DNA of 64,000 nucleotides from a virus. The position numbers were made by a program, and so were the translations under genes. Location of the stretch: IMG/VR virus record IMGVR_UViG_3300005077_001244; one strand, written 5' to 3'. Of this stretch, positions 38,707 to 49,452 are shown one piece after another (the stretch's first letter is position 1; the number at the start of each line of letters is the position of its first letter). The notes under the pieces are model-generated. The model was not told the DNA's origin. It saw only the letters and a list, made by a program, of their open reading frames with translations, and searched no databases.

Positions 38707-41700
38707 TTAATTCTCTACAGGAATAATATTAATTTTAATTTTAAAATCGTCATATATTCCTTGAATATTAGAATATTGTTTTTCTAATTCTCTTAATAAT
38801 ATTAAAATATCATCTGTTAAAACAAAATAATAAGCTTTTTTACTAGTATCTAAATTTTCATTAAATATTTTAAAACTATTATCTTCAAGAATAGCATTTG
38901 TTATACCATAACCAGCAGATTGTGATAAAATTACGTCCCTAATTTTTTCTTGAGTAATAAATTCATTAATTTTATGTTTATTATTATAATTTTCATATTG
39001 AAAGCTATTCATTAATAAATTATAAGCAATAATACTTGCAGTATTAAATGAATATGATTTTTTAACATATAAATTAACAGTAAATCCAACAGGAATAAAA
39101 TTAATATCTTTTATTAAATTTTCAAGACAAATTAATCTTTTATTTTTTATATTTAAAATATCTGTAAATGATTTTGCTTCACTTTCAGTTTTATAAGGAT
39201 CTGCTTTATAATCACATGTAATATAGCTATAATTTTCTTTAACAAAATTTACTTTAACTTTATTAAAATATAAATATCCTGCATGATAAACAGGAAGAGC
39301 TGTATTGTCTTCAACTCCATCAACTACTTGAATTGATATATTATTATAAAATCTACTATATATAGGTGATTCAATATCTATAGATATTTTATTAACATCA
39401 GATACACCTACTGTATCATAAGCTGCTATATTTGTGAATAAAATCTTTTCAGATAGTATGACTGGATCAACATCTTTTTTTGTAAATATATGTAATTCAT
39501 AAGTATTACCAAGAGTTAATTTGTTTATTTCATCTAAATATAAAATAATTTTTGGCCCTTCTTCTTCATTAACACTTTGCTCCCAATTTTGTTCAGGAAG
39601 AAATTCTTGCACAAAAATATTATTTAAAGGATCAAGATCAACTATTTGAAAAAGCTGCATTGAAACAATTATCCCTAATTCATCTTTATATCCATTAACA
39701 TATGGTATTGATTGGATTGGATCTTTTAATTTTATATTTAAACTTGATAAAGTTGTTATATATTCAATAGAATTTTCATCATAAAAACAATCACCAGTAT
39801 GAATACTACTATCTGTACTTAGCATACTACTTAAATATTTTGAATAATTAGGTATTTCAACTTGATCTACAATTGTAGTATTATTCATTAATGATATTAA
39901 TATATTTGAGCCTGTTTGAAGTTGTTGATTTTGGTTTAGATATTTATCAAATAAAACTAATGAAAATGTTGGTCCTAAAGGACTTGTTGAATCTTGTTCA
40001 ATATCAACATCGAATATGTTTTCTGTGATATTATCACTTGGATCTATTGCACAAAATATTTCACTTTTTGAATAATTTAGAAAACTATTTTCATCTTTAA
40101 ATACAAGTTTTGTTCTTTTTGGTTTTGTAGTTCCTACATCAATATTTAAATCATCTAACAAATTCTTTGCTGCGCTACCATCTATCCCAATAACAGTTAT
40201 TTGGCTTCTCTTACCAAATTTAGGTGATAAGATTTGAATTAGTCCATTTGTATCATATGATACAAAATCATGTATATCTTTTATAATATAGAGTTCATGA
40301 TTATAACCTAAAATTGTTGGATTAAGATATGTATTTATTTGGTCTTTTATAGCATTATCTAGTACTTCTGCAAGGATTTCATAACTATAAACTCCTGAAG
40401 ATAATGATATATCAAATAAAAAATCATGGTCATCAAATTTTATCTTAAAATTATTATTTGCTCTATCTTCAGGGGAAGAAGAAACTATAATTTCAATAGT
40501 TGCAAATGTTTTACTTTTAACAATAGCTCTTTCATTTTGATATTTGTTATATATTAAATTATTTAATGGATAATTACCTTCAAATTCAATTCCATCAATT
40601 ACTTCATCATTAATATTATATGCTTGTAATTTTAATGAATTAGATAAAAGACTTTTATTTTTTAATATCCCATAAAAACTTAAAACACCATCATTATTTA
40701 CAAATTTTGTTACTAATTCATCTACTATTGCAGAATCATGAGTTCCTTTTATTCTTATAAATTCATTTAAATATTCAACAAATTTATTTTCATAATCTTC
40801 AACTGTGTAAGTAGATAATATCTCAGGAAATAATAATCCTTCAAATGAGCGAATTGGCACAATATAATGATAATTATGTAGCATTGGAATATTATTTGAT
40901 TTTTCTTCTTCATAATTTGGAATTTCAATTTCATGTTTAATTGTTAAATTTTGTAAGGCATCAGTAGCATCTATTTTATCAACAATTTGTTTTCCTCTGC
41001 CAAGTCTTAATGGTGCATAATCAATTACATCATCTAATGATTCACCATCAGCACCACCAACACCTTGAGTTATATTTGTAAAATTAATTTCTATTTCTGT
41101 ATTATTATCTATATTTACTAACTTAGTTTCATTAATTGAATTTAAGTATATGTTATTATTTAAACCACCACCATATCTTCCAAAAATTACTATTTCACCA
41201 CCTTCAGGGATGTCAGAAAATTTGCCACTAAAACTATCTGTGCCAAAAGTTATTATTGGTTGACCAGCAAAACTATGCTTTAAAAAATATTTAGGTGAGC
41301 CATTAGGGAAGATGTCAGTAATTATTCTGCCATAGTTATCATTTTTATTTTCAAATAATTCATAATAAATTCCATTTAAGTAAAAATAAACTTTTATTGA
41401 ATTTTCAATAACATTTAGATAAGGTACAAAAATATCAAATTGTTCTTGATTAATATTTACTGGGTAAGAATATCTTTGTGTTTCACCTGAATATGCTTCT
41501 ACTGTAAATGATGTATAGTTTTGTCCTGGAGTTATTTTTATATCGTCAAAATAATTATATTCGTTATTATCTTTTATAATTATTTCAAAAGGAATGACAG
41601 CACTATTTAAACCAGTTCCATAAAGTTTTGTAAATCGTGGGATATAAAAATCATTTATGAATTGATTATTAGTAAATATACATTTTAATGTAACAACTGA

Positions 41701-41994
41701 TTCTTTATTTTGTTTTAAAAAAATATTTTTATCATTTAAATTATAAATTTTTGCTTCATCAGAAACAGCAGATTGAAGAAAAATATCTCTTAATTTTCTA
41801 TCAAAACTTTCAGCATTTTTACCAAATAAAAAAGAAAATATTGCAATTACCATATTTAATGAATCATGATGAAGTAATCCATTATAATTATCACTCCATT
41901 GTGGATGATTTTTAATTCTTTGTATTAATTCTGATTCTAATGAAGCTCTATCAAAATTTATTAAATCAGGTGGGAGTATTTGTTCTAAAGTCAT
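38707..41994 (-). CDS. baseplate wedge protein (gp6/gpJ-like)
   Basis: NFDRASLESELI, FLQSA, YGGGLNNN, TQGVGGADGESL. Confidence 0.8.
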   Translation of the reverse strand: MTLEQILPPDLINFDRASLESELIQRIKNHPQWSDNYNGLLHHDSLNMVIAIFSFLFGKNAESFDRKLRDIFLQSAVSDEAKIYNLNDKNIFLKQNKESVVTLKCIFTNNQFINDFYIPRFTKLYGTGLNSAVIPFEIIIKDNNEYNYFDDIKITPGQNYTSFTVEAYSGETQRYSYPVNINQEQFDIFVPYLNVIENSIKVYFYLNGIYYELFENKNDNYGRIITDIFPNGSPKYFLKHSFAGQPIITFGTDSFSGKFSDIPEGGEIVIFGRYGGGLNNNIYLNSINETKLVNIDNNTEIEINFTNITQGVGGADGESLDDVIDYAPLRLGRGKQIVDKIDATDALQNLTIKHEIEIPNYEEEKSNNIPMLHNYHYIVPIRSFEGLLFPEILSTYTVEDYENKFVEYLNEFIRIKGTHDSAIVDELVTKFVNNDGVLSFYGILKNKSLLSNSLKLQAYNINDEVIDGIEFEGNYPLNNLIYNKYQNERAIVKSKTFATIEIIVSSSPEDRANNNFKIKFDDHDFLFDISLSSGVYSYEILAEVLDNAIKDQINTYLNPTILGYNHELYIIKDIHDFVSYDTNGLIQILSPKFGKRSQITVIGIDGSAAKNLLDDLNIDVGTTKPKRTKLVFKDENSFLNYSKSEIFCAIDPSDNITENIFDVDIEQDSTSPLGPTFSLVLFDKYLNQNQQLQTGSNILISLMNNTTIVDQVEIPNYSKYLSSMLSTDSSIHTGDCFYDENSIEYITTLSSLNIKLKDPIQSIPYVNGYKDELGIIVSMQLFQIVDLDPLNNIFVQEFLPEQNWEQSVNEEEGPKIILYLDEINKLTLGNTYELHIFTKKDVDPVILSEKILFTNIAAYDTVGVSDVNKISIDIESPIYSRFYNNISIQVVDGVEDNTALPVYHAGYLYFNKVKVNFVKENYSYITCDYKADPYKTESEAKSFTDILNIKNKRLICLENLIKDINFIPVGFTVNLYVKKSYSFNTASIIAYNLLMNSFQYENYNNKHKINEFITQEKIRDVILSQSAGYGITNAILEDNSFKIFNENLDTSKKAYYFVLTDDILILLRELEKQYSNIQGIYDDFKIKINIIPVEN

Positions 41995-41995
41995 A

Positions 41996-42361
41996 TTAGT
42001 CCTTCTTATCTCTTATTTTTGAAAAGGTTAAAACTTCTTTTGCATTAGGATCAATTTTTAATGTATATTCAATTTCTATAAGTAATATTAATTCTGTTCC
42101 ATTTATAGGTATGAAGCCAGCAGAAATAGCAGTTACATTTAAATTCTTCTCATATCTATATATTAATCTTTTAACTTCAAAAATTATGTTTCTTATTGTT
42201 TCACTATCAGCAGGTTCCCAAAAAAATTCCATAATTTTTGAACCATCTTCAAATCTTCCAGGGATTTCTGAATCAATAAAAAATAATCTTTCTAATCTAT
42301 CATAAATATATTCTTTATCATACTTAATTTGAATAGATTCTTTTAAACTTAATCCTTGCAT
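41996..42361 (-). CDS. gp25/gpW-like baseplate protein
   Basis: IPGRFEDGS, LIYRYEKNLNV; size and position. Confidence 0.65.
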   Translation of the reverse strand: MQGLSLKESIQIKYDKEYIYDRLERLFFIDSEIPGRFEDGSKIMEFFWEPADSETIRNIIFEVKRLIYRYEKNLNVTAISAGFIPINGTELILLIEIEYTLKIDPNAKEVLTFSKIRDKKD

Positions 42362-42364
42362 TTA

Positions 42365-45037
42365 TTAACCTGTCCCACCAGTATTACTTTGATATATTTT
42401 TTTAATAAATTTCCCTGCATCACTTATTCCATCCCATCCAGATCTTAATAATTTTTGAGTTTCTTCATCTTCAAAATCAAAATTCTTTTTAGATGATTCC
42501 CAATCAAAATATTTATCAGCATCTAAACTTGCAGGTTTACCTGCTACAACAACAAAACCAGCAAACATTCTTTTCATATCAGGATCATAAATTTCTATAT
42601 TTTCTAATTCATTTTTTAAAAATTCACTATCAAGTTTATCTTTAATTAATTTATTTGAAGCATCAACTGTAGATTGAAGCATTTTATAATATTTATATAA
42701 TAATGAATTAGAATCATTATATTTATATATCTTTTCTGCTTCTATCTTTAAATTAGTAATCATTATATTTATATTTTTAATATCACCAAGTATAGCTAAC
42801 TCCCCTTGTGATATTAATTGTTTAATACTATTATTATAATTAATTTTTTCAATTTCTTTTTCTTTTTTTTCATATTCCCATGTTTTTAAATTAATTTCAC
42901 TAATAGTATATATTTTTTGATTAGTAATATCATCTATAGGCCAAATATTACTATTGTTAATTAATAAATAAAACTCATCAAATATTAAATTAATTTCGGT
43001 AATTAATTCATTTATATTTTCATTTAAATCTTCTATTGTATTATTAGTAAGATTAATTAATACATCAATAGCAGCTATATCTTCAATACTTCCTCCTGTA
43101 TTTATTAAAATTTGCCTTTGATTATTATAGGAAATTAATAAATCAGTATTAATAATTAATTGATTTTGTTGTGTTTTTAATCCATTTAATTTAATCAATA
43201 ACTGTCCTAAAATTGATTGACTATGAATATTTTTAATTAAATTATATCTCGCTTCTGATAAGAAATAATATTCATTTATATATTTTTTAGTTTTAAGATA
43301 AATTGTTGTATTACTATCAGAGTAAGTAAATTCATCTTGATAATCATGTACTAATTTTTCCTTTTCAATTTCATTTTTTATTTTTAATATTTCTTTATAA
43401 CTTCCAAGAGAGTTTTTAAAAAAACCTTTTGAATTTCTAATTAACTTAACAGCTTTTTTAGTACCACCTTGACCAGGTAAATCACTTTCTTCAGGTTTTA
43501 CATGTAATTTCAGCATTGCCATAGTTGGAATATTAAGTAACATGTTTATAAAATTAAGTATTTGATCGATAATTTCTATTATTTTTATTAAAGTATTTAT
43601 TCCATCAATTATTTGCTTTAATGTATCATCAATTTCATCTAAAATTGTTCTATTAGTTTCATAAGAAAAATTTTTTATTGATTCTAAAAATTCATCAATT
43701 ATATCAAACATAAACCCAAATAAATTACCAGCAGTTAATCCAATCCAATAAGGCCATTCATATCTTCCATCTTGTGCTGTTAAAGTAGATTTAGTAGAAA
43801 TATCAAAAGGGTCTTTAGCTGTGTCAATTGCTGAATTAAAAACCTCAACAGTTGATTTAACTATGTTCATTAAATCAAATAACACTTTACCAAGTAACCC
43901 ACCATTACCTTTACTAACAAATTTCCCATCTTTTTGTTTTTGATAACCACATAAAATATAAATAAATTCCATCATTTGTGAAATATCAGGAAATGCTACT
44001 GCAAAAATATAAATATATAATTCCCCATTATCACCAAAATCAGGTCTACCAGTTTTTAAATTAGTTAATCCACCATTAGCTCCTTGACCTATTAAAGCCC
44101 AAGGGCTATATTTTTTCATTCTTGCTTTATTTTGGTCTTGTTGTTGTTTTTGATCTTTATGAAAAAGTGTTTGCTTCCCTTGAAGTTTAACTATTTGTCT
44201 TGGCAATATATCTGTTGGGTCTAAAAAATGACCACAAATTTTTTCTATAAATTCATTGTATGATTCTTTTTTATAAGCAAGTAATTCTCTAAAATAATTA
44301 GAAAATTCTGTACCTTGTTTTGTAGTTATACCATCTGACCCAATTGTAAATGGGGAATTATTAGCTATATCTTTGAATGTAGCATCTTTATTTTCTAATG
44401 TTTTTAAAAACTTTCCATCAAATATTGATTCCTTTTTTATTTGCATAGCAGCTTCAGGATTTAACCACCAAGGCCCAATATAATTATTTGTAAGAAATGG
44501 ATCATCTTCATTATCCATAAAATGATATGTAGTCATATCAAGAAAATAAAAACCTGTTGATTTTAAATCTTGTAGCATCCTTTGAATTTGATTAATTATT
44601 TCATTAAGAAACATTTTTAAAGCATTTTCATAAAAATCAAGAAATTTCTTTATTGCAGATATAATTTTTCTTACAAATAATAATGATTTCTTAGCTCTTT
44701 GTAATGCTCTCTTCCAATATTGAAGTTCTTTTTGGCCTCTTTTTATATATTTAGTACCATCTTTCCATTTAAAACTCATTGATTCCCATGTTGGCCCATC
44801 TTCTGAATTTTCAGTTGGTTTATATGGTATATCCATTAATAAAGAATTTAATTGATCTATCCCACTTTCATATACACTATCAATAATTTCAGGATTAAAT
44901 GATATAACTGGATTAGGAAGTATAAAATATTTTTCAATTGTATTATTTGTATTTGTAATAATTGGCACATTTGCAGAAATAATAATTTTTATTACAGTAG
45001 TGTTTGAAAAGGTGATATTTTGATTTGTAACTTCCAT
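42365..45037 (-). CDS. hypothetical coiled-coil virion protein
   Basis: 890 aa within the baseplate cluster. Confidence 0.65.
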   Translation of the reverse strand: MEVTNQNITFSNTTVIKIIISANVPIITNTNNTIEKYFILPNPVISFNPEIIDSVYESGIDQLNSLLMDIPYKPTENSEDGPTWESMSFKWKDGTKYIKRGQKELQYWKRALQRAKKSLLFVRKIISAIKKFLDFYENALKMFLNEIINQIQRMLQDLKSTGFYFLDMTTYHFMDNEDDPFLTNNYIGPWWLNPEAAMQIKKESIFDGKFLKTLENKDATFKDIANNSPFTIGSDGITTKQGTEFSNYFRELLAYKKESYNEFIEKICGHFLDPTDILPRQIVKLQGKQTLFHKDQKQQQDQNKARMKKYSPWALIGQGANGGLTNLKTGRPDFGDNGELYIYIFAVAFPDISQMMEFIYILCGYQKQKDGKFVSKGNGGLLGKVLFDLMNIVKSTVEVFNSAIDTAKDPFDISTKSTLTAQDGRYEWPYWIGLTAGNLFGFMFDIIDEFLESIKNFSYETNRTILDEIDDTLKQIIDGINTLIKIIEIIDQILNFINMLLNIPTMAMLKLHVKPEESDLPGQGGTKKAVKLIRNSKGFFKNSLGSYKEILKIKNEIEKEKLVHDYQDEFTYSDSNTTIYLKTKKYINEYYFLSEARYNLIKNIHSQSILGQLLIKLNGLKTQQNQLIINTDLLISYNNQRQILINTGGSIEDIAAIDVLINLTNNTIEDLNENINELITEINLIFDEFYLLINNSNIWPIDDITNQKIYTISEINLKTWEYEKKEKEIEKINYNNSIKQLISQGELAILGDIKNINIMITNLKIEAEKIYKYNDSNSLLYKYYKMLQSTVDASNKLIKDKLDSEFLKNELENIEIYDPDMKRMFAGFVVVAGKPASLDADKYFDWESSKKNFDFEDEETQKLLRSGWDGISDAGKFIKKIYQSNTGGTG

Positions 45038-45039
45038 TC

Positions 45040-45354
45040 TTAATCCTCTTCAAATTTTTTTTGTAATTCTTCTATTTTGTTTCTATTATTTTCAATTTTA
45101 TCAATAAAATCCTTTTCATTTAATTTTTGCATTAAAATCATTTGTTCACCAATAGAAAATAATTCATTAAATCTTTCTTTATCATTTAAAATTTTAATTC
45201 TTTCATCTAATTGCATAACAAATTCTGTTCTTAATTCTGTTAATATATCTCTTAATTCAACAAAAAGATGTTTTTCTTTTTTTTCTTTTTCACTCATTAT
45301 ATTATCCCTGTTGGAGTAGCTGTCCCAGTAAATGTTAAATGTGATCCTGCACAT
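45040..45354 (-). CDS. hypothetical protein (start probably 45296)
   Basis: helical ORF; second Met MSEKEK follows the upstream stop. Confidence 0.55.
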   Translation of the reverse strand: MCRITFNIYWDSYSNRDNIMSEKEKKEKHLFVELRDILTELRTEFVMQLDERIKILNDKERFNELFSIGEQMILMQKLNEKDFIDKIENNRNKIEELQKKFEED

Positions 45355-45806
45355 GGTATTGTTGGTATAAAACTTAAAATTCCTGTTACTATTTGCTGTG
45401 CCATTTTATTAAATATTGCAACTCTATCAGTCATCATTGCAACATTAATAACTATAGGTGGGAAACCAACCATACTTCCAGTAGCGCATGAAAATGGAGG
45501 GTCAACTGCATAAATTCCTGCCATTATCCCACTAGATATTTGTAAACTTAAAGCTGCTGTGCCAGGTGCAGGTGTAGGTGTTAAAATTATTGGCATAGTT
45601 ATTATTTTCCCAGTAGCTATAACTACAGGATCAGGTAAGGATGTAGGTGGTGGGCTAAATCCTACCCATGCAAAATTTACAACTGCATTTGACATTATAT
45701 AAGAACTTATAGCAGTACCTAATTTTGTTTGTGCTACTATTGCAGTTGGAGCATTTTGAGTTGCAGATAACATTTGTGTTGCGAGTAATGATGCTATTAA
45801 TGGCAT
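45297..45806 (-). CDS. hypothetical virion protein
   Basis: 169 aa, Pro/Ala/Thr-rich, downstream of the spike gene. Confidence 0.65.
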   Translation of the reverse strand: MPLIASLLATQMLSATQNAPTAIVAQTKLGTAISSYIMSNAVVNFAWVGFSPPPTSLPDPVVIATGKIITMPIILTPTPAPGTAALSLQISSGIMAGIYAVDPPFSCATGSMVGFPPIVINVAMMTDRVAIFNKMAQQIVTGILSFIPTIPCAGSHLTFTGTATPTGII

Positions 45807-45870
45807 TTTATTTATACCTAATTCTCTTCAAATATTTTTTACAGAAATTCCAGTACATTTTCTTTTTTAT

Positions 45871-47262
45871 TTACATGGCGGTTGAACCAGAATGAATTGC
45901 TCCAGTAAAAAGGCACATAGGTAAGGCGCAAAATGGGCCTGAACCTGTAGGTGCTACAGTTTTTGACCCAGCTTTAATTACAGTAGAACCACTTAAATCA
46001 AGAACACCTTTAGCTTTTAGTTCAATAAGTGTAGATTCTACAACAGTTTTAATTTTTGATTTAAGATTTAAAGACATAAGAGCTTCAATATCCATAGTCA
46101 TTTTTGTATCTATTTTTGTACCCATCATACTAGTTAATTCAATCTTAGCTAATGACTCCGCTTTTAACCCAGTAGTACCAGATAATTCAATTTTTCCTAA
46201 TTGACTATTAATCTTTATATTTCTACTTGAAAATAATTCTGCTGAACCACCTGTTTTAAAATCAAGATAAGAATTTATTAAGCTATAAGTTGTGTTTAAA
46301 TAATAAGAAGTTCCATATGCTTTTAAATCTAATCCACTTGCAGTAGGATGAAGCATCGTCCCACATCTTAATTGAATCTTATTGTTAAATTTAAAATTAA
46401 AAACATTAAGTAATATATCACCCATTCCAGTATCAAATTCAACATCACCCTGAATAGCATTTACAAGATATGCTTGCCTTGGTCCTAACCCTGGTATCCA
46501 TCCAGATAATTTAGAACTACCAAGATCAAATTTAACAGAATTACTTGATACATTAAAATATCCACCTTCACCAACAAAATCAAATTTCTTCGATTTAACA
46601 AAAAATGTACTTAACCCCTTATATGCCTTTATATCATCATTCGTACTTGATTCAGTATCAGCTTCACCAGTAAGAAAAAAAGTACCCTCATTCAACCTAA
46701 TTGATAATTTCTTACTCTCTATATCAATCTGTTTATCATCAAATAAAAACATCTTCTTAGTCCCACCAGAAATACCTGACGTAACATAATCATTAGTCGC
46801 ATTTTGAATTGACCATGATTCATCATTAAGCATAAAAGTATTATTTCCTGATGATGCTTGAATATTATTATTTGTTACTTTAAACTCACTTGTGGCACTT
46901 TTAAGTTGTATGCTACCTTCATTAGATAAAATTTTTGTGTTACCTTTTTTACTACTAAAAATAGATGTATATCCAACCTCATCTTTTGTTTTACTACCCA
47001 ATTTATATCTACTTTTATTATTAATAAATCCAATACAATATTTGTTAGTTGATTCTAACATATTTTCTTTTATAATAAGACATTCTGAATTTAGTTCTAT
47101 TTTAGATGGTATTTGACATACAATTTTTGCATAAGTAATATTATCATCAGGTGAATCTTTATTAAATTCATCACTATAAACAAATGTTACAAATCCCGAA
47201 GATGTGTCATCACTTCTAACTATACCTGTTTTTAAAACAGAAAAATTAAGTATTGGTTCCAT
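45871..47262 (-). CDS. central spike (gp5/gpV-like) protein
   Basis: beta-helix-like repeats in the C-terminal half; tip motif FCALPMCLFTGAIH. Confidence 0.7.
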   Translation of the reverse strand: MEPILNFSVLKTGIVRSDDTSSGFVTFVYSDEFNKDSPDDNITYAKIVCQIPSKIELNSECLIIKENMLESTNKYCIGFINNKSRYKLGSKTKDEVGYTSIFSSKKGNTKILSNEGSIQLKSATSEFKVTNNNIQASSGNNTFMLNDESWSIQNATNDYVTSGISGGTKKMFLFDDKQIDIESKKLSIRLNEGTFFLTGEADTESSTNDDIKAYKGLSTFFVKSKKFDFVGEGGYFNVSSNSVKFDLGSSKLSGWIPGLGPRQAYLVNAIQGDVEFDTGMGDILLNVFNFKFNNKIQLRCGTMLHPTASGLDLKAYGTSYYLNTTYSLINSYLDFKTGGSAELFSSRNIKINSQLGKIELSGTTGLKAESLAKIELTSMMGTKIDTKMTMDIEALMSLNLKSKIKTVVESTLIELKAKGVLDLSGSTVIKAGSKTVAPTGSGPFCALPMCLFTGAIHSGSTAM

Positions 47263-47556
47263 TTATATTATACCTAAGTCTATTAAATAATCATAAGGCA
47301 AATAAAATATTTTTTTTCCATTAGTATAAAAAGAAAAATCACTTGTCTTATTAATTTCATCAATTACCCATGATAATGAATCATCACCATATAAACTATA
47401 TGAAATTTTATCAGGTCTAAATTCTTCATTTGTTCTTATTATATAAGTGCTATATTTATTTTTATAATCACTAAATTTAGGAATATTAAAACAAATTCCT
47501 GAATATTCTTTTCTAACATCATCAGTTAATGTTGTTGAATAATTAAAATAACTCAT
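47263..47556 (-). CDS. gp53/LysM-like baseplate protein
   Basis: RPDKISYSLYGDDSLSWVI..IN. Confidence 0.75.
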   Translation of the reverse strand: MSYFNYSTTLTDDVRKEYSGICFNIPKFSDYKNKYSTYIIRTNEEFRPDKISYSLYGDDSLSWVIDEINKTSDFSFYTNGKKIFYLPYDYLIDLGII

Positions 47557-47562
47557 ATTTTT

Positions 47563-48630
47563 TTATCCCTCAAAATCTATAGTAAATCCAAAATTATTAG
47601 CTATATTAATATATTTTGAAATAATAGGTCTTTTTCCCATATATACATACTCAATATCATATGTAGCATCTGTTGTATAACTTTCAGCTAATATTAATCT
47701 ATCACTAATTCCAATTTGATGTAAACAAACAAAATCATCTAAAAAACTTACATCTTTTGTCCATCCTTCTGCAAATGGTATATTATTTTTATGACATATA
47801 AAAGCCACCATAGAATCATGTATTACATCACCTTTTGCATCAGTAGAATATAAATTACCATCAGATGTAATTACAATTCTATTATTTACAGCTTTATTAA
47901 TTTTATTAATCTTGATATTATTTGTTAATTCATTAATAACATAATCTACATCTATACTTTTATCATGATGTATTACTCTATAATATTCAATAATTTTTCT
48001 ATATATATCATTCTTATTAATACCTGATTTATTAAATTCAACAAAATTTAAATTAAATCTTTTTAAAACATTACCATAAATTTGATTAACTCTTTTAGAA
48101 TTTAAATCAAAATCATAACTTTCACTTTGTAATAATTTATCCCTTTGTAATTCAAAACAAGCAAACTCCTTCAAATAAAAATATTCATCTTCAGGCCAAC
48201 TTAATAAAGTATCATCTTCCAATGGTATTCTTTCAAACATATGGGCAAACACAATTAAATCTTCATGAATTAAATTCCCAATTCCACAAGAAAACATATT
48301 ACCTTTTGTTGTAACTACAATTCTTGAATTAAATTCAGGTTTTTTATTTATACTTATACCTTTTCTTAATTCAATAAAAAATTCTTTTTTTGTCATAACA
48401 GTTGTTTCATCTTCTTCAGAATGATATTCTAAAAGTTTATCAAATAAAGAATTTGAAATTATATCATTAAAAGAATAATCCTCTATTTTTTGTTTATCTA
48501 ATACATTTTCTGCATTAGCTACACTTGTCTGTCCACCAGATAAAAGTTCTTGTCTTAATTTTGGTGTAGATGTTTCATTAATTGGTTTTCTAATTTCTTC
48601 TGCTTGATTCAAATATTTTTTAAACATCAA
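47563..48630 (-). CDS. hypothetical protein with internal tandem duplication
   Basis: RIVVTTKGNMF...LIHED vs RIVITSDGNLY...VIHDS. Confidence 0.7.
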   Translation of the reverse strand: MMFKKYLNQAEEIRKPINETSTPKLRQELLSGGQTSVANAENVLDKQKIEDYSFNDIISNSLFDKLLEYHSEEDETTVMTKKEFFIELRKGISINKKPEFNSRIVVTTKGNMFSCGIGNLIHEDLIVFAHMFERIPLEDDTLLSWPEDEYFYLKEFACFELQRDKLLQSESYDFDLNSKRVNQIYGNVLKRFNLNFVEFNKSGINKNDIYRKIIEYYRVIHHDKSIDVDYVINELTNNIKINKINKAVNNRIVITSDGNLYSTDAKGDVIHDSMVAFICHKNNIPFAEGWTKDVSFLDDFVCLHQIGISDRLILAESYTTDATYDIEYVYMGKRPIISKYINIANNFGFTIDFEG

Positions 48631-48639
48631 TTAAACCTC

Positions 48640-49449
48640 TTAACTTATATATTGTAATTCTTGTCTACCAAACACCGCACCTGTGTCAGCAGTCCATACT
48701 TGAGTTGCTGATATTGCTTGCCAAGCAGGATATGAGCTTTTCATTTCAATTGTTATCTTTTTCATCATTGCTCTCATAGTTGTAATTTCAAATGGATTAG
48801 TTTCCTCAACAGTAACATTTTTAATTACTACAGGGAAATCAACAAATATATTACCAATATTAAGTAATACTTTTACAGGTGGTGCAAACTTACCATCATA
48901 TTGAGGGAATACAAGAGATTTAATTTGTAATGAAAATCTTTCAATCGCATTTAATGTCCATGTCGTATCCTTAATATACCCAATTTCACTTGTTAAACCA
49001 GAGTTCTTTCCATTTTCTGCTAAATAGGTTAATGATACAGTTAAATCTTGTGCTTGTGAATTTCCATATATAGATTGACTTTCAAATCTACCCATTATAT
49101 CACCAAGATCATTCCATTGTGCTGATTTATTCCATACAGGTATTTGTTCAATATATTGAAATGGTATTCCATAAAAAGATTTATAAGTATTTGAATTAAG
49201 CCATTCTTTATATTTAAGTGGATCATCTTCATATGAAGTTATCCCTTTTTTTAATTTCATTCTTTTTAATTGTTTTTTATATTCATCATTCCAATCCCAA
49301 ACAACTAATCCAAATTTATGTGGTTGCATACCTACTCTATTACCTAACATATCAGAAGCAGAATATGTTTCATTAATTAACATACTTTCTTCTATCCATC
49401 TGTTTTTTAAATCAGCTTCTATTCTTCTGAAAAATCCTTCTTGTGACAT
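48640..49449 (-). CDS. tail tube initiator-like protein
   Basis: IKSLVFPQY...PPVKVLLNIGNIF...VIKNVTV. Confidence 0.65.
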   Translation of the reverse strand: MSQEGFFRRIEADLKNRWIEESMLINETYSASDMLGNRVGMQPHKFGLVVWDWNDEYKKQLKRMKLKKGITSYEDDPLKYKEWLNSNTYKSFYGIPFQYIEQIPVWNKSAQWNDLGDIMGRFESQSIYGNSQAQDLTVSLTYLAENGKNSGLTSEIGYIKDTTWTLNAIERFSLQIKSLVFPQYDGKFAPPVKVLLNIGNIFVDFPVVIKNVTVEETNPFEITTMRAMMKKITIEMKSSYPAWQAISATQVWTADTGAVFGRQELQYIS

Positions 49450-49452
49450 TAT

